A stretch of DNA of 64,000 nt from the IMG/VR virus record IMGVR_UViG_3300012943_000029, positions 2,176-66,175 of that record. One strand, written 5' to 3'. Position numbers and translations under genes: made by a program. Positions 15,938-25,956 of the stretch are shown here, one piece after another; position 1 is the stretch's first letter, and each line of letters starts with the position of its first letter. The notes under the pieces were generated by a model. That model made no database searches and had not been told where the DNA came from. It saw only the letters and a list, made by a program, of their open reading frames with translations. This DNA comes from a virus.

Positions 15938-17688
15938 GCTGCTTCCTCTAGTTCTTCGCCGACCACTCGCGAAAAGCCGTTCTGCTTTTGGATACGCAGT
16001 GAGTGGTCAAATCTGCCGACCGCCTCAGGGCGGTGTGAGATGATCCACAGCGCTAGGTCCTCGTCTCGTGACTTCGTCTTGAGCAGCTTGAATACGCTCT
16101 CAACACCTGGGGCATCCAGCGACGCGTCGATCTCATCGATAAACAGGCAGTTGACGCGAGCGTGCAGGTGGTGCAGTACATCGCGGAACGCCAGCGACAG
16201 TGAGAGGTTGACGCGCTTCTTCTCACCGCTGGAAAGGTTGCCGAAGTCGAGCTCGCGGCCCATCTCAGCGACAGTGCAGCTCATGTCATCGTCGAACTTG
16301 ACGATGTGCGGCAGACCCAGTTCCTTGGTGTAATGGATCAACCGATTATTTAGGAATGGAATTGTCCTGTTGATGATCCTGCGGCGGATGAAGGAGTTCT
16401 TGTCGGTGAGCAGCTTGAGAAGGAACTGCTGATGGTCAGCCTCCTTCTTCAGGTGGTCGAGTTCCTCGTAGGAGATCTTCTTGACGGCCTGACCCTTGAG
16501 CTGCTCGTAGGCATCCTCGTGTGGGTTCTCAGCATTCGTCAACTCATCAATGCGTTGCTGTGCTGTAAGGGCAGATGTCTCTGCGGCGACAGCCTCAGCC
16601 AGGTTCTTGAAATGCGCCATCTCTTTCGCTGAGAAGCGCTCACCGTCTGCCTGTGCCCTCTCATTCTCAGCAGCATCAAGGGCAGCCTTCAACTCATCTA
16701 CCTTGATTGTCTTGTTGACGAGCGACTGTTCCTTGGCCGCCAGCTTCTCTTGGGCGCCTGCATACTGCTGCAAGCAGTAAGGGCATTGGTCACTCTTGAG
16801 GTGCGTAAGCTCATCAGAAAGCTTCTTCGCATCAGTCTGTTGTGCGACCCAGTCCTTACGTGTCGCGCTGATCTTTGTGGCAAGAATGGCGAGCTTCTTG
16901 TCCTGCTCGGTAATGAACGTGTGGAGATCCTTCTCAACAGAGAAGTCTATCGTCTCTGACAGCTCGAGAGAGCTCTTTAGGCCGGCGATCTGCGAAACGC
17001 GGTCGCGCTCCCACTTGTCGACGCGGCCCTTGGCAGCTTCAAGCTGCTTCTCAAACACCTGTGCCTGAGCTTCCTGCTCCTTGATGATCGCCTCTTGAAT
17101 GGCGATAGAGCCGTCGGTGCTGCGAATGATCTCCTTCAGCTTCACGGCCTTCTCAGAGAGCAGGGTGATATTGAAGAGCTCCTCGATCTGGTTGCGCTGC
17201 TGCGAAACAGGCATCATAAGGAATGGAACCGAGTTGCCAGAGAACACCACGATCTTTGTGAAGAGGTCGTACGAGATGCCGACGATCTCCTCGATGAGCT
17301 TGTCGTTTTCAGAAACGCTGTCAAGCGTGATGAAGTCGCCGTTCATGGTGATGTAGATGTTGTACTCTTCGCCGCGCTTGCGGTGAACGATGTACTCGTC
17401 CTCACCCTTCATGAAGCAGAGCTTCACCTCCATCATCGTGTTCTTGGTGGCGTTGGTAGAGTTGATCAGCTTCTGCAGGCCAATGTTGTCGAACGGCTTG
17501 TTGTAGATGGCGTAGCAGATGGCATTGATGATCGTCGTCTTGCCGGCACCGTTGTTGGAGCCAGTGTCAAGGTTCTCACCAATGATGAGGGTGGAACCTT
17601 TACCGCTGAGGTCGATGCGCGTGAGGATGTTGCCGAAAGACAGGAAATTTCGGATCTCCATCCACTTGAAGATTAGTGGGGTGCTCAT
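15934..17688 (-). CDS. gp46: recombination endonuclease ATPase subunit, gp46 (Rad50/SbcC-like)
   Basis: Walker A NGAGKTT, CPYC hook, signature LSSGEK, FIDEID, ISH. Confidence 0.97.
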   Translation of the reverse strand: MSTPLIFKWMEIRNFLSFGNILTRIDLSGKGSTLIIGENLDTGSNNGAGKTTIINAICYAIYNKPFDNIGLQKLINSTNATKNTMMEVKLCFMKGEDEYIVHRKRGEEYNIYITMNGDFITLDSVSENDKLIEEIVGISYDLFTKIVVFSGNSVPFLMMPVSQQRNQIEELFNITLLSEKAVKLKEIIRSTDGSIAIQEAIIKEQEAQAQVFEKQLEAAKGRVDKWERDRVSQIAGLKSSLELSETIDFSVEKDLHTFITEQDKKLAILATKISATRKDWVAQQTDAKKLSDELTHLKSDQCPYCLQQYAGAQEKLAAKEQSLVNKTIKVDELKAALDAAENERAQADGERFSAKEMAHFKNLAEAVAAETSALTAQQRIDELTNAENPHEDAYEQLKGQAVKKISYEELDHLKKEADHQQFLLKLLTDKNSFIRRRIINRTIPFLNNRLIHYTKELGLPHIVKFDDDMSCTVAEMGRELDFGNLSSGEKKRVNLSLSLAFRDVLHHLHARVNCLFIDEIDASLDAPGVESVFKLLKTKSRDEDLALWIISHRPEAVGRFDHSLRIQKQNGFSRVVGEELEEAA

Positions 17689-18716
17689 AGTCTCTGGTAG
17701 ATGTCAATCAATCTGGTTGGGTCGATGGTGCTGGTGCCGGTAATACCGCTCTGCAGCATGCCAACGACGGCGTCGTTCAGCGAGCTAAGGTCAAAGTCCT
17801 CAATGCTCTCCTCACCGGCTATGGCATCGCGCCGCTCGTAGAGGTTCTCTTCAAGTGAGAACTCACGAAGGCCGAGACCTGTCGTCATCTCATCGCGCAG
17901 CGTCTGCGCATCTGAGTAGCCGATCTCGGTATCGATGATGCAGCGAACGCGGCACTTCTCTGGAAAGTCTGGCAGCTGGTCGAGGACCGCTGAGAGCTTC
18001 ACCTTGCGGTACTTCGGGCAGTCTTCCCAGTCAATGAAGTCCACCTCGTCGGTGTCTGTGTTGAGCACGCACATGCCGCGCTCATCATCCCATGCATCGC
18101 CGTAGTCCATTGGGAAGCAGTTGCCGATGTACACGACGTTGTCGCAGGCCTGCCGCTTGTGGAAGTGGCCGCTGAAGATATACGTAGGACCAGCAAACAT
18201 CGTGTGCTCTGGCCCATGCTCCATGCGGCGGTCCGAACCGGTCACGACGAAGTTACGGAACTCAAAGTGGCCCATCCAATATGGAAGGTGCGTGTACTGT
18301 ACCAGGTCGGCGTATTCGTCCTTGAACATGAACGGCGCGAGCAACAGCTTCTGATCGATCACGATCGGTTCATTCACGAGAGCAACGTTCTGGAACTCGC
18401 TGAACACCTTCGTCGAGTAGACGCTGCGGTTTTCACGGTGATAGAGGTCGTGGTTGCCGATGATGATGAACACTGGCAGGCCGAGCGAGTTCAGCTCAAT
18501 GAGCGCCTCATGCGCAAAGTTGAGCGTCATCACGTTGACCGAGTTGCGGTTCTCGAACCAGTCGCCCATGAACACCACGCGAGAGATGTCCTTGTCCTTG
18601 CGCACGTTGGCGCAGAACCACCTAACGAAGTCAAGGCAGTCCTGGTTGTGTTGCACGGAATTGTTCTTCTTGCCGAAGTGGATATCCGTGAACATCGCTA
18701 CTTTGTTTAGCGACAC
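17685..18716 (-). CDS. gp47: recombination endonuclease nuclease subunit, gp47 (Mre11/SbcD-like)
   Basis: FTDIHFG, MGDWFE, GNHD, GHFE and SGHFH metallophosphoesterase motifs. Confidence 0.96.
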   Translation of the reverse strand: MSLNKVAMFTDIHFGKKNNSVQHNQDCLDFVRWFCANVRKDKDISRVVFMGDWFENRNSVNVMTLNFAHEALIELNSLGLPVFIIIGNHDLYHRENRSVYSTKVFSEFQNVALVNEPIVIDQKLLLAPFMFKDEYADLVQYTHLPYWMGHFEFRNFVVTGSDRRMEHGPEHTMFAGPTYIFSGHFHKRQACDNVVYIGNCFPMDYGDAWDDERGMCVLNTDTDEVDFIDWEDCPKYRKVKLSAVLDQLPDFPEKCRVRCIIDTEIGYSDAQTLRDEMTTGLGLREFSLEENLYERRDAIAGEESIEDFDLSSLNDAVVGMLQSGITGTSTIDPTRLIDIYQRL

Positions 18717-18719
18717 GGC

Positions 18720-19559
18720 TTACTTCCTCTTGGCTTGTTTCTTCGCCTTTTTCTTGGCGACCTTCTTGACTGGTTTCTTGACCGCCTTCTTCTTTTTCGT
18801 TGGCTTCTCAACGACAGCAGGTTCAGTCGGTTTTTGTTTGATGGTCAACTGCTTAGTGATCGGATCGTACTCATACTCACTAGGCTTGTAGACCTTCACT
18901 GGACCCGGGTTCATGTCATTGTAGCGGCTCAGGCGCTTCTCGCCTGGCTTACCAGGGTCCATCATCGAGAACTGCTGCTGACCAAACGAAGGCCGCTTCG
19001 TTGGAGCTTGAATACCCCGCGCCAGCCCACCGTTGTGGTTGTCAATCTGCTGCGTGGCATCGGCAAGGGCGGTGCTGTTGGTCTCTCCCTTTACCTCAAG
19101 GTGATCTTCGCTCTTGATCTCCACGTCATCCGACATGCTCGTCGTAGTGTCTTCACTTTGACGCCCGCTGTTCTCAAAGTTGTAGGACGGATTGAAGCCC
19201 GCGTCTACAAGCAGCGTGTCTCGGATCTTGCGGTGGTTTTTCTCTTCCGCCATGTACTGGAGGAATGAGTGGTAGATACCCGTGGTGTAGTAAGCAAATG
19301 GATTGCTTGACTTTTCCGGGTTGAACTTCAGCGCGTTGTTGCACAAGTTCGTGACGGCCGCAGCCACCATATCTTCTCGATATGAGTAGCCGACGAAGTT
19401 GCCCTTGTGTGAGTACCGCTCAGCAATCATCCAGATCATCCGGATGAGCTTTTCGGTTACCTTACCGAGGGCTTTGGCCTCTATTACAGCGGGGAGAAGA
19501 TCAGCATTTCGAACGTAGTGGCCTTCAGTAGAAGTACTTTTGGCTCTTTTGATTTTCAA
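18720..19559 (-). CDS. gp55: late-transcription sigma factor, gp55-like
   Basis: HYVRNADL, YSYREDM, KFNPEKSSNPFAYYT. Confidence 0.93.
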   Translation of the reverse strand: MKIKRAKSTSTEGHYVRNADLLPAVIEAKALGKVTEKLIRMIWMIAERYSHKGNFVGYSYREDMVAAAVTNLCNNALKFNPEKSSNPFAYYTTGIYHSFLQYMAEEKNHRKIRDTLLVDAGFNPSYNFENSGRQSEDTTTSMSDDVEIKSEDHLEVKGETNSTALADATQQIDNHNGGLARGIQAPTKRPSFGQQQFSMMDPGKPGEKRLSRYNDMNPGPVKVYKPSEYEYDPITKQLTIKQKPTEPAVVEKPTKKKKAVKKPVKKVAKKKAKKQAKRK

Positions 19560-19597
19560 ACTATGTCTCCAGGACGTGAACGCCAGGAGATTGATAC

Positions 19598-19625
19598 ATT
19601 ATACATCATCTCCATCCCTTTAAAA
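19598..19625 (-). promoter_or_regulatory. sigma70-like promoter for the gp55-gp47-gp46 operon
   Basis: Perfect TATAAT at 19598-19603; TTTTAA 16 nt upstream. Confidence 0.5.
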
Positions 19626-19653
19626 CTGCTGCCTGGTGAAGGCATCCTGATTG

Positions 19654-19660
19654 ATAAATA
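19654..19660 (+). promoter_or_regulatory. late promoter ATAAATA
   Basis: ~30 nt upstream of the ATG at 19692, at the start of the plus-strand late block. Confidence 0.7.
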
Positions 19661-19691
19661 CCTCGCCCACTCAATCAGCGGCAGGACCACA

Positions 19692-20378
19692 ATGAGCGTC
19701 ATCGTAGAAAAGCAAGACGAACCAGAAAAGGAGATCTATCCTGTAGGTTCAAAGAAGGTCGCTGTCGTCATTGGGCGCTTCAACCCTCCGACGAAAGGTC
19801 ATTACGCGGTGATTGACCAGGTGAAGAAGTTCATTCGCAAGAACCCGAGCCTTGGGCTCGAGGCAGCTCCAGCAGTGGTGATCATTGGTGGGAGCAAGTC
19901 GGATGATGACAAGAAGAGAAATCCTCTTTCGGCTCATGAACGCCAGGTATTTATGAAGGCCTCTGGGCGCACAAATGGCGTCAACTTTTTCGTAGCGCCA
20001 AACGCATTTGCTGCCTTCGTGCTGCTCCGAAAAGAGGGTCTGGAGCCAATAGCAGTCGCGGCAGGTTCCGATAGGGTTCAAGATTACATGCGCATTCTCA
20101 ATGGCTCCTTCAAGAATGGTGAGGAGCCGATCAAGCACTACAAGATACACCTGCCTCGCGACGAGAGCGCCATCGACGGTGAAAAGAGCTCGAGCGACAG
20201 CGTGCTAAATGACATGAAGGGTGGCGACATAGAGACTGATCTCGTATCAGGTTCACTCGCGCGCCGCGCGGTCGAGCTCGGCTACCTGCCAGAGTTCACC
20301 AAGATTGTCGGCCTCGAGGACAAACCCGAGCTCGCTAAGAAGCTGTTCGACAAGATCGCAGCGTCGATCAAGGAATAA
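19692..20378 (+). CDS. cytidylyltransferase-like (HIGH-family) nucleotidyltransferase
   Basis: GRFNPPTKGH, KRNPLS, AGSDR and SGSLARR; start moved to the ATG at 19692, downstream of the promoter. Confidence 0.85.
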   Translation: MSVIVEKQDEPEKEIYPVGSKKVAVVIGRFNPPTKGHYAVIDQVKKFIRKNPSLGLEAAPAVVIIGGSKSDDDKKRNPLSAHERQVFMKASGRTNGVNFFVAPNAFAAFVLLRKEGLEPIAVAAGSDRVQDYMRILNGSFKNGEEPIKHYKIHLPRDESAIDGEKSSSDSVLNDMKGGDIETDLVSGSLARRAVELGYLPEFTKIVGLEDKPELAKKLFDKIAASIKE

Positions 20379-20381
20379 GCA

Positions 20382-21506
20382 GTGGCAAGTCCTGGTTCAC
20401 CAATAGTTCCGAAGAAAGGCACCGTACCAGCAGGATCGCCTGACACGGCGGTCGACGTGCAGAACAGCCAGACGACCGTTGATTACTCAACGCCGACCGG
20501 CATAACGCACCATGCTGAGCTCGGTGACAAGATGCTTGAGCGCGGCGACGCCGCCAACTTCTCTGGAATGTCAAGCGATGTTGGGCTCAAGAACGTAAAT
20601 GGTAACATTGTCGCCACTCAAGTCGGCTCAAACCAAGCGCTAGGCGTTGTTGGTGACGTCGAGAGCGGCGACATTCCGGCTTCAGCCGTCTATCAACCGC
20701 ACGACGACAACACAGCCGCCTACAAGGTCAGGCTAACGTCGCAGGTGGACGGACAGACGATCATGTTCGAGGTGATGCCAGAGATCGGTGAAAGCCGTAG
20801 CGCAGACTACGATGATTTCACCCCTATCCAGCATCCAGGTTCCATCCTCAAGTACAAGGGAACATCGACGCGCGAGTGGAGCGTTACTGTCCGCCTCGCA
20901 TCAAGAACAGCGTCTGAGGCAACTGAAAATCTGAGGAAGATCAACCTACTGCGCTCATGGGTGATGCCGTACTACGGTCAAGGAACAGCCGACGACCCTG
21001 AGACATCACAGTTCCTCGGCGCGCCACCGCCAGTGCTAACGCTTAGCGCGTATGGCAAACGAATGATCGGCCCAACCAAGGTGGTGCTCACGAGCTACCA
21101 GTGGAACTGGCCGAATGACATTGACTACATTCAAACTACTACCTCACCACCTGTGCCATTCCCCGTTCTCGTGCAGCTTCAGCTGACCCTACGCGAGGCG
21201 TTCTCACCACGTGAGTACAGCGCGTTCAACTTGAAGGCGTTCAGGCGCGGAGAGATGGAGGCGGCCTTCACCTCCTCGTCAAGCAGCCCTCAGAACAGCA
21301 AGCCGGCGAATGGTAAGACAACCGGCGACGCAACAAAGATAAACACCGCTGAGGCCACGAACGCAACGCAGGATGCTAAGAACGCCGCCAGCACGGTGGC
21401 TAACACGCGAGCTGCTGGAAACGTAACAGCACAAGGTGCTGCTCTTGTTCAGCAGGGATCAGCGAAACTATCTAGCATCAACCAGAACCCTGGCGGAGGT
21501 AGCTAA
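20382..21506 (+). CDS. baseplate tube-initiator / tube-like protein
   Basis: ESRSADY...KYKGTSTREWSVTVRL and PPPVLTLSAYG...VLTSYQWNWP tube-fold pattern, upstream of gp53. Confidence 0.6.
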   Translation: MASPGSPIVPKKGTVPAGSPDTAVDVQNSQTTVDYSTPTGITHHAELGDKMLERGDAANFSGMSSDVGLKNVNGNIVATQVGSNQALGVVGDVESGDIPASAVYQPHDDNTAAYKVRLTSQVDGQTIMFEVMPEIGESRSADYDDFTPIQHPGSILKYKGTSTREWSVTVRLASRTASEATENLRKINLLRSWVMPYYGQGTADDPETSQFLGAPPPVLTLSAYGKRMIGPTKVVLTSYQWNWPNDIDYIQTTTSPPVPFPVLVQLQLTLREAFSPREYSAFNLKAFRRGEMEAAFTSSSSSPQNSKPANGKTTGDATKINTAEATNATQDAKNAASTVANTRAAGNVTAQGAALVQQGSAKLSSINQNPGGGS

Positions 21507-21916
21507 TGGCCGGCACCGTTAAGACGACGAAACCAACGTCGAACAACAACAAGAACAGCCTCTACAACCGCTACTCACGCTACGTTGCTGGTGGTTCAAC
21601 TGAACACGCCAATGACATGCTTGAGTGGTGGGAGCGCGCCAACTTCCAGCGCGATGACAGCGACATCGTCTACGCCGTGGAAAACTTCTACGCCCAGCGC
21701 CTCGACCTCATCGCGTCGGTGTTCTACAATGAGCCGCGCTACTGGTGGTTCCTGGCACAATACAACAGCATCCTCGATCCGTTTACCGAGATCACCCCAG
21801 GTCGCATCCTCCTTATTCCTACCGCTGACCGTCTATCGCTCCTGCTCGGAAGCGCCAAGGGCGGTGTCGCCTCCACGCGTGAGGCCGTTACTGTCATCTC
21901 ACCGATTATCACATGA
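21506..21916 (+). CDS. gp53: baseplate wedge protein, gp53-like
   Basis: QRLDLIASVFYNEPRYWWFLAQYNSILDP. Confidence 0.75.
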   Translation: MAGTVKTTKPTSNNNKNSLYNRYSRYVAGGSTEHANDMLEWWERANFQRDDSDIVYAVENFYAQRLDLIASVFYNEPRYWWFLAQYNSILDPFTEITPGRILLIPTADRLSLLLGSAKGGVASTREAVTVISPIIT

Positions 21917-24138
21917 CAACCATCGATCCAGCACAGATCAAGAACAACTACGCAAACCCGCTAGACGCCTACCGCTCCTACTCATACCAGTTCATCCTCA
22001 CCCTGTCGTCAACAACGCAGGCGTTTGCAGAGATGATCGGCAACTACAAGGGTGGGCGTGGTGGGCCGGTCAGCAGCGCCTCACCGCTGCTGGCGGCTGT
22101 GCGAAATGCGAAAAAGCCAGGTGATGCATTCACCGTGAACGGCCAAACAGCGTACCTTCTTGTTGACACCCGCCGCTTCTCACAGTACGGCATCACTAAC
22201 CTTGAGATGGAACACGTCTACGGTGCCGGCTCACAGAACAACCCATCAGTTCCAGCCAACACCACGAGCATGGAGCTGATCGACACGACAGGCATGTCAT
22301 TCTTTAATATGCTCATGGAAACGTTCCGTGAGAAGCTGCAGACAACCCGCGCCTCAGCGTTCTTCCTGCTGACCATCCTTTTCACCGGTCACAAGGATGA
22401 CGGTACAACTGAGACCATCTCCACGTGCTTCATTCCGCTGATACTGCTCACCATGGAGTTCACCCTGGACCACCGGGGCACCACCTTCCAGATCCAGTTC
22501 ATGGAGACCGAGGGTGGTCCACAGCGTGGTGCCGCGATGGAGGTCTTGAACTACATGGGCGGCGTGCGCTCGATTACCTCAAAAGGAACGTCATCAACCA
22601 TCGGCGGCATGCTGTCATCGCTTGAGAAGCAGCTCAACATCAAGTCACTTGAGTTCTACAACAAGTACACAAACACCGCTCAGAGCATGAATGGTGGGAC
22701 GGCAACAAAGTCTGGAAAGCTTGTGCAGTACATGATCACGGTCAACAAGGACTGGGAACAGTTTCCCGTGTCGCTTGCTGGTAGGTCGAAGTACCGTGAG
22801 CAGACGTTCACCGCGTTCAGCATGGATCCTGTTAGCGCGGGTGGTGCGTTCACGGCATTTGACCAATCACCGTTCGACGGCAGCGGCGATGGCCTCTACG
22901 CGCAGATGGCGTTCTCAGAGACAACGCTCATCACCGACGCCATCAAAACCGTTCTCGAGGCATCTCCTGATTTTCTCGCGCTGTCAAGCGAAGAGAAGGT
23001 GAAGGCTGGAACTGCCTCAACCAACAAGATCCTGATCAACATCACGTGCGATGACGACACCTACGTTGTGCACTTTGACGTGCTGCCGTACTTTCTACCG
23101 AAGGTGAACACCGACAAGAAGGATGAGCCAGCAAACACCGTCAGCATTCCAGCCGGTGGCAAATCGACCATCGGCGGTGCAAACGAGATCAAGAACCTCA
23201 TCACCTACGATTACATCTTTACTGGCAAGAACAGCCACATCAAGAACCTAGATATCAAGTATCTTCCAGAAAGCGCAATCGCCCTTGATACAAACCTGCA
23301 GCTAGGGCAGGCGCGGCTTGCCTATAACGCAAACATTGGTCAGACGACAGCGAAGGTGAAGGAGGCGTCTGAAAGCACGGCAACAAAGTCGGCCAGCTAC
23401 GCCCCAGACATTCGTGGCAGCGATCCAATCTTCTTCTCATATCGCTCGCAGGATCAGAAGAACAACATTGCCACCCACAAGAATGAGCAGATGCCAAAGG
23501 ACGAGGCCATTGACGCGCTGCGCAAGAAGCAGGAATACACCAACACAATGGCGTATGTGCACTTCATCAGCTCTCTTGAGCTGACGGCGACTGTGCGTGG
23601 CAACCCAAACATCATCAAGAAGTTTGCGGATCGCAACGAGCGCGGCGGTGTCCCACCTCACAGCTCAATCATCGACGCCAAGGGCATTAGCAACCTCAAT
23701 GACCTGATCAACACCAGCAACAACGCTGAGGCGGTCTACAACCAGAAGCTTCAACAGGGTGTGTCAACGGCGAAAGGTCTTTACTACTCGAAGTACGTAG
23801 CACCTCGCATCAAGGCATACACCGACGCTCACGTGCCAGGCTCTGATCCTCTGCTTAGCGGTCCAGATATCTCAGTGAACCCCGTCTTCTGTAAGCTCAA
23901 CATCTTTGCGCCGAACGTTGACAGCATGGGCGACACAAAGCGCAACGAGGACGGCTCGCAGCAGTCGCTGTTCACCGACGAGTTCTTCTTCAACGGCCCA
24001 TACATGGTTCTGTACATCAAGACGACGTTCACGAACGGCGAGTTTGAGCACGTCATCACAATGATCCCATACATTGTATCGGACACGCTGACAAAATCGA
24101 ACGGCGCGCCTAAGCCTACCGGAACGACAGTAAAATGA
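21913..24138 (+). CDS. baseplate hub protein (gp27/late-control-D-like position)
   Basis: NPLDAYRSYSYQFIL N-terminus, LTATVRGNP, GPYMVLYIKTTFTNGEFEH C-terminus; lies between gp53 and gp5. Confidence 0.6.
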   Translation: MTTIDPAQIKNNYANPLDAYRSYSYQFILTLSSTTQAFAEMIGNYKGGRGGPVSSASPLLAAVRNAKKPGDAFTVNGQTAYLLVDTRRFSQYGITNLEMEHVYGAGSQNNPSVPANTTSMELIDTTGMSFFNMLMETFREKLQTTRASAFFLLTILFTGHKDDGTTETISTCFIPLILLTMEFTLDHRGTTFQIQFMETEGGPQRGAAMEVLNYMGGVRSITSKGTSSTIGGMLSSLEKQLNIKSLEFYNKYTNTAQSMNGGTATKSGKLVQYMITVNKDWEQFPVSLAGRSKYREQTFTAFSMDPVSAGGAFTAFDQSPFDGSGDGLYAQMAFSETTLITDAIKTVLEASPDFLALSSEEKVKAGTASTNKILINITCDDDTYVVHFDVLPYFLPKVNTDKKDEPANTVSIPAGGKSTIGGANEIKNLITYDYIFTGKNSHIKNLDIKYLPESAIALDTNLQLGQARLAYNANIGQTTAKVKEASESTATKSASYAPDIRGSDPIFFSYRSQDQKNNIATHKNEQMPKDEAIDALRKKQEYTNTMAYVHFISSLELTATVRGNPNIIKKFADRNERGGVPPHSSIIDAKGISNLNDLINTSNNAEAVYNQKLQQGVSTAKGLYYSKYVAPRIKAYTDAHVPGSDPLLSGPDISVNPVFCKLNIFAPNVDSMGDTKRNEDGSQQSLFTDEFFFNGPYMVLYIKTTFTNGEFEHVITMIPYIVSDTLTKSNGAPKPTGTTVK

Positions 24139-25532
24139 CCCTCCTCTACCGCCCAAATCAGACGACAGCTGACTACTTTCCAGACAACATTCCATTCATC
24201 ATGGAAGGTCAGGTGGTATCTACTGCCGACCCAGACCAGATGGGTCGCGTTCAGGCTTGGGTGCCCGCGCTTGATGGTGAGAACTACAACATTGAGCAGA
24301 TCCCATGGGCCGACTACGCGTCACCGTTCATGGGCTTCACAGTTGATATGCCGGCTGGACAGGGCACAGTCAAGAACAGCTCACACTCAGCGTATGGCTT
24401 CTGGGCAATTCCAAAGGTCGGCGCAACAGTGCTCGTGTTCTGCTTGAACGGTAACCCAACGTCACGCTTTTACTTCGCATCAACCGTCCGCCTGCACCGC
24501 AACCGCTCGCTTCCAGCCGGCCGCAACACCGACGCTGCTGGAAAGCAGGGCCCGTGGGGCGATGCTGGCGATGGTCAGGGCAACCTCAACCCAATTCAGC
24601 CAGCGTTCAACAACCTTCGCGCTCAGTTCCAAAACAAGCTCGATCAGTCTGAGGCTGCAACGCGCGGCGCGTACGAGCGGCAGGCAGCTCAGGCGAAGGA
24701 AGACAAGGACGGTCTCGAGGGCTACTCAATCAGCCCAGTTGACAACAGCTACCTTGATCCGCAAACGTACTGCATCACGACGCCTGGTCGCCACGCGATC
24801 ATCATGCAGGACAACCCAAGCTTCGCGCGACTGCGCTTCAAGACGGCCGAGGGCCACCAGATTATCTTTGATGATGCGAACGAGCGCATCTATGTTTCGA
24901 CGTCAAACGGCAACAGCTGGTTTGAGATGGACAAGGACGGCCACGTCAACTGCTATGGTGCAAAGTCCATCAGCTACCGTTCCGGCGGCGACATCAACCT
25001 CTATGCTGATGGCAACATCAACATGGAAGCTGGCAAGGGCATCAACGCGAAGGCGCTCACCGCCGACATTCGCATGACCACGCAGACAAAGTTTCAGGTG
25101 AAGGCCAACGACAGCATCGTCATGTCGGCGTGCGGCATCTTCGACCTGGATACTGAGAAGAGCTTCAAGCTAACGGCCGCCCAGGCCATTGACGTCTACG
25201 CTGGCAGCACCACGAACATCACGGCTGCCTCAAGCCTGCACATTAAGTCTGGAGCCACCATGGCTGCTCAGGCTGAGAAGATGACGCTGAACGGCGGTGA
25301 TGCTTTCACAGCCTCAGCCGGCAAGATGGATCTTAACGGTGGCAGCACCCTCACTCAGTCTGCCGGCAAGATCAACCTCAACAGTGGCTCGGCCGCCAAG
25401 GCTGGGGCTGCAAACACCGCTGCAAAGGCTTCTTGCGCCGAGCTGGCTGATGATCCAGCAATCGTCCCAGGTCACGAGCCATGGGTACGCCCGGTGTCTG
25501 AGACACCGCGCGGCCCTCGCTGGAAAGCATGA
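24135..25532 (+). CDS. gp5: baseplate central spike, gp5/VgrG-like (no lysozyme domain seen)
   Basis: DPDQMGRVQAWVP OB-fold, IPKVGATVLVFC, TAEGHQIIFDD, beta-helix repeats. Confidence 0.85.
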   Translation: MTLLYRPNQTTADYFPDNIPFIMEGQVVSTADPDQMGRVQAWVPALDGENYNIEQIPWADYASPFMGFTVDMPAGQGTVKNSSHSAYGFWAIPKVGATVLVFCLNGNPTSRFYFASTVRLHRNRSLPAGRNTDAAGKQGPWGDAGDGQGNLNPIQPAFNNLRAQFQNKLDQSEAATRGAYERQAAQAKEDKDGLEGYSISPVDNSYLDPQTYCITTPGRHAIIMQDNPSFARLRFKTAEGHQIIFDDANERIYVSTSNGNSWFEMDKDGHVNCYGAKSISYRSGGDINLYADGNINMEAGKGINAKALTADIRMTTQTKFQVKANDSIVMSACGIFDLDTEKSFKLTAAQAIDVYAGSTTNITAASSLHIKSGATMAAQAEKMTLNGGDAFTASAGKMDLNGGSTLTQSAGKINLNSGSAAKAGAANTAAKASCAELADDPAIVPGHEPWVRPVSETPRGPRWKA

Positions 25533-25553
25533 CCTGGGAGCCTAGTTGGTTCG

Positions 25554-25560
25554 ATAAATA
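25554..25560 (+). promoter_or_regulatory. late promoter ATAAATA
   Basis: Intergenic, 25 nt upstream of gp25. Confidence 0.7.
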
Positions 25561-25584
25561 TCGCATCAACGGCGTGGTGAAGGC

Positions 25585-25956
25585 ATGAACAAGGTCATCT
25601 ACAAGGGGTTCTCGACAGCCAACTGGCTGAAGAACAAGACGTTTGCCCTGAACAACATGGAGCTGGTGAAGCAAGATCTGCTTCAGCACATCTATACGAT
25701 CAAGGGTGAGCGCATTATGATGCCGAACTTTGGCACCAGGATCCCAACGCTGACCTTTGAGCCGAACGATGAGCAGACCAGAAAGATCATTGAGGACGAC
25801 CTAACTGAGGTGTTCAACTATGATCCGCGCGTCAAGCTCATCTCGCTGAACGTGTTGACGCTGCCTGACAACAATGCCATCCTTGCGATGGCTGACCTGC
25901 TGTACGTTGAGCTGAACGTTACTGACGTCCTTCACATTGAGATCTCTTCACAATGA
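25585..25956 (+). CDS. gp25: baseplate wedge protein gp25-like
   Basis: KGERIMMPNFGTRI...LTFEP...YDPRV. Confidence 0.92.
   Translation: MNKVIYKGFSTANWLKNKTFALNNMELVKQDLLQHIYTIKGERIMMPNFGTRIPTLTFEPNDEQTRKIIEDDLTEVFNYDPRVKLISLNVLTLPDNNAILAMADLLYVELNVTDVLHIEISSQ

Noticed and set aside
19518-19691. N-terminal extension of the cytidylyltransferase ORF given by the track
   Set aside because: It overlaps the gp55 start and both promoters; the ATG at 19692 after ATAAATA is more plausible.
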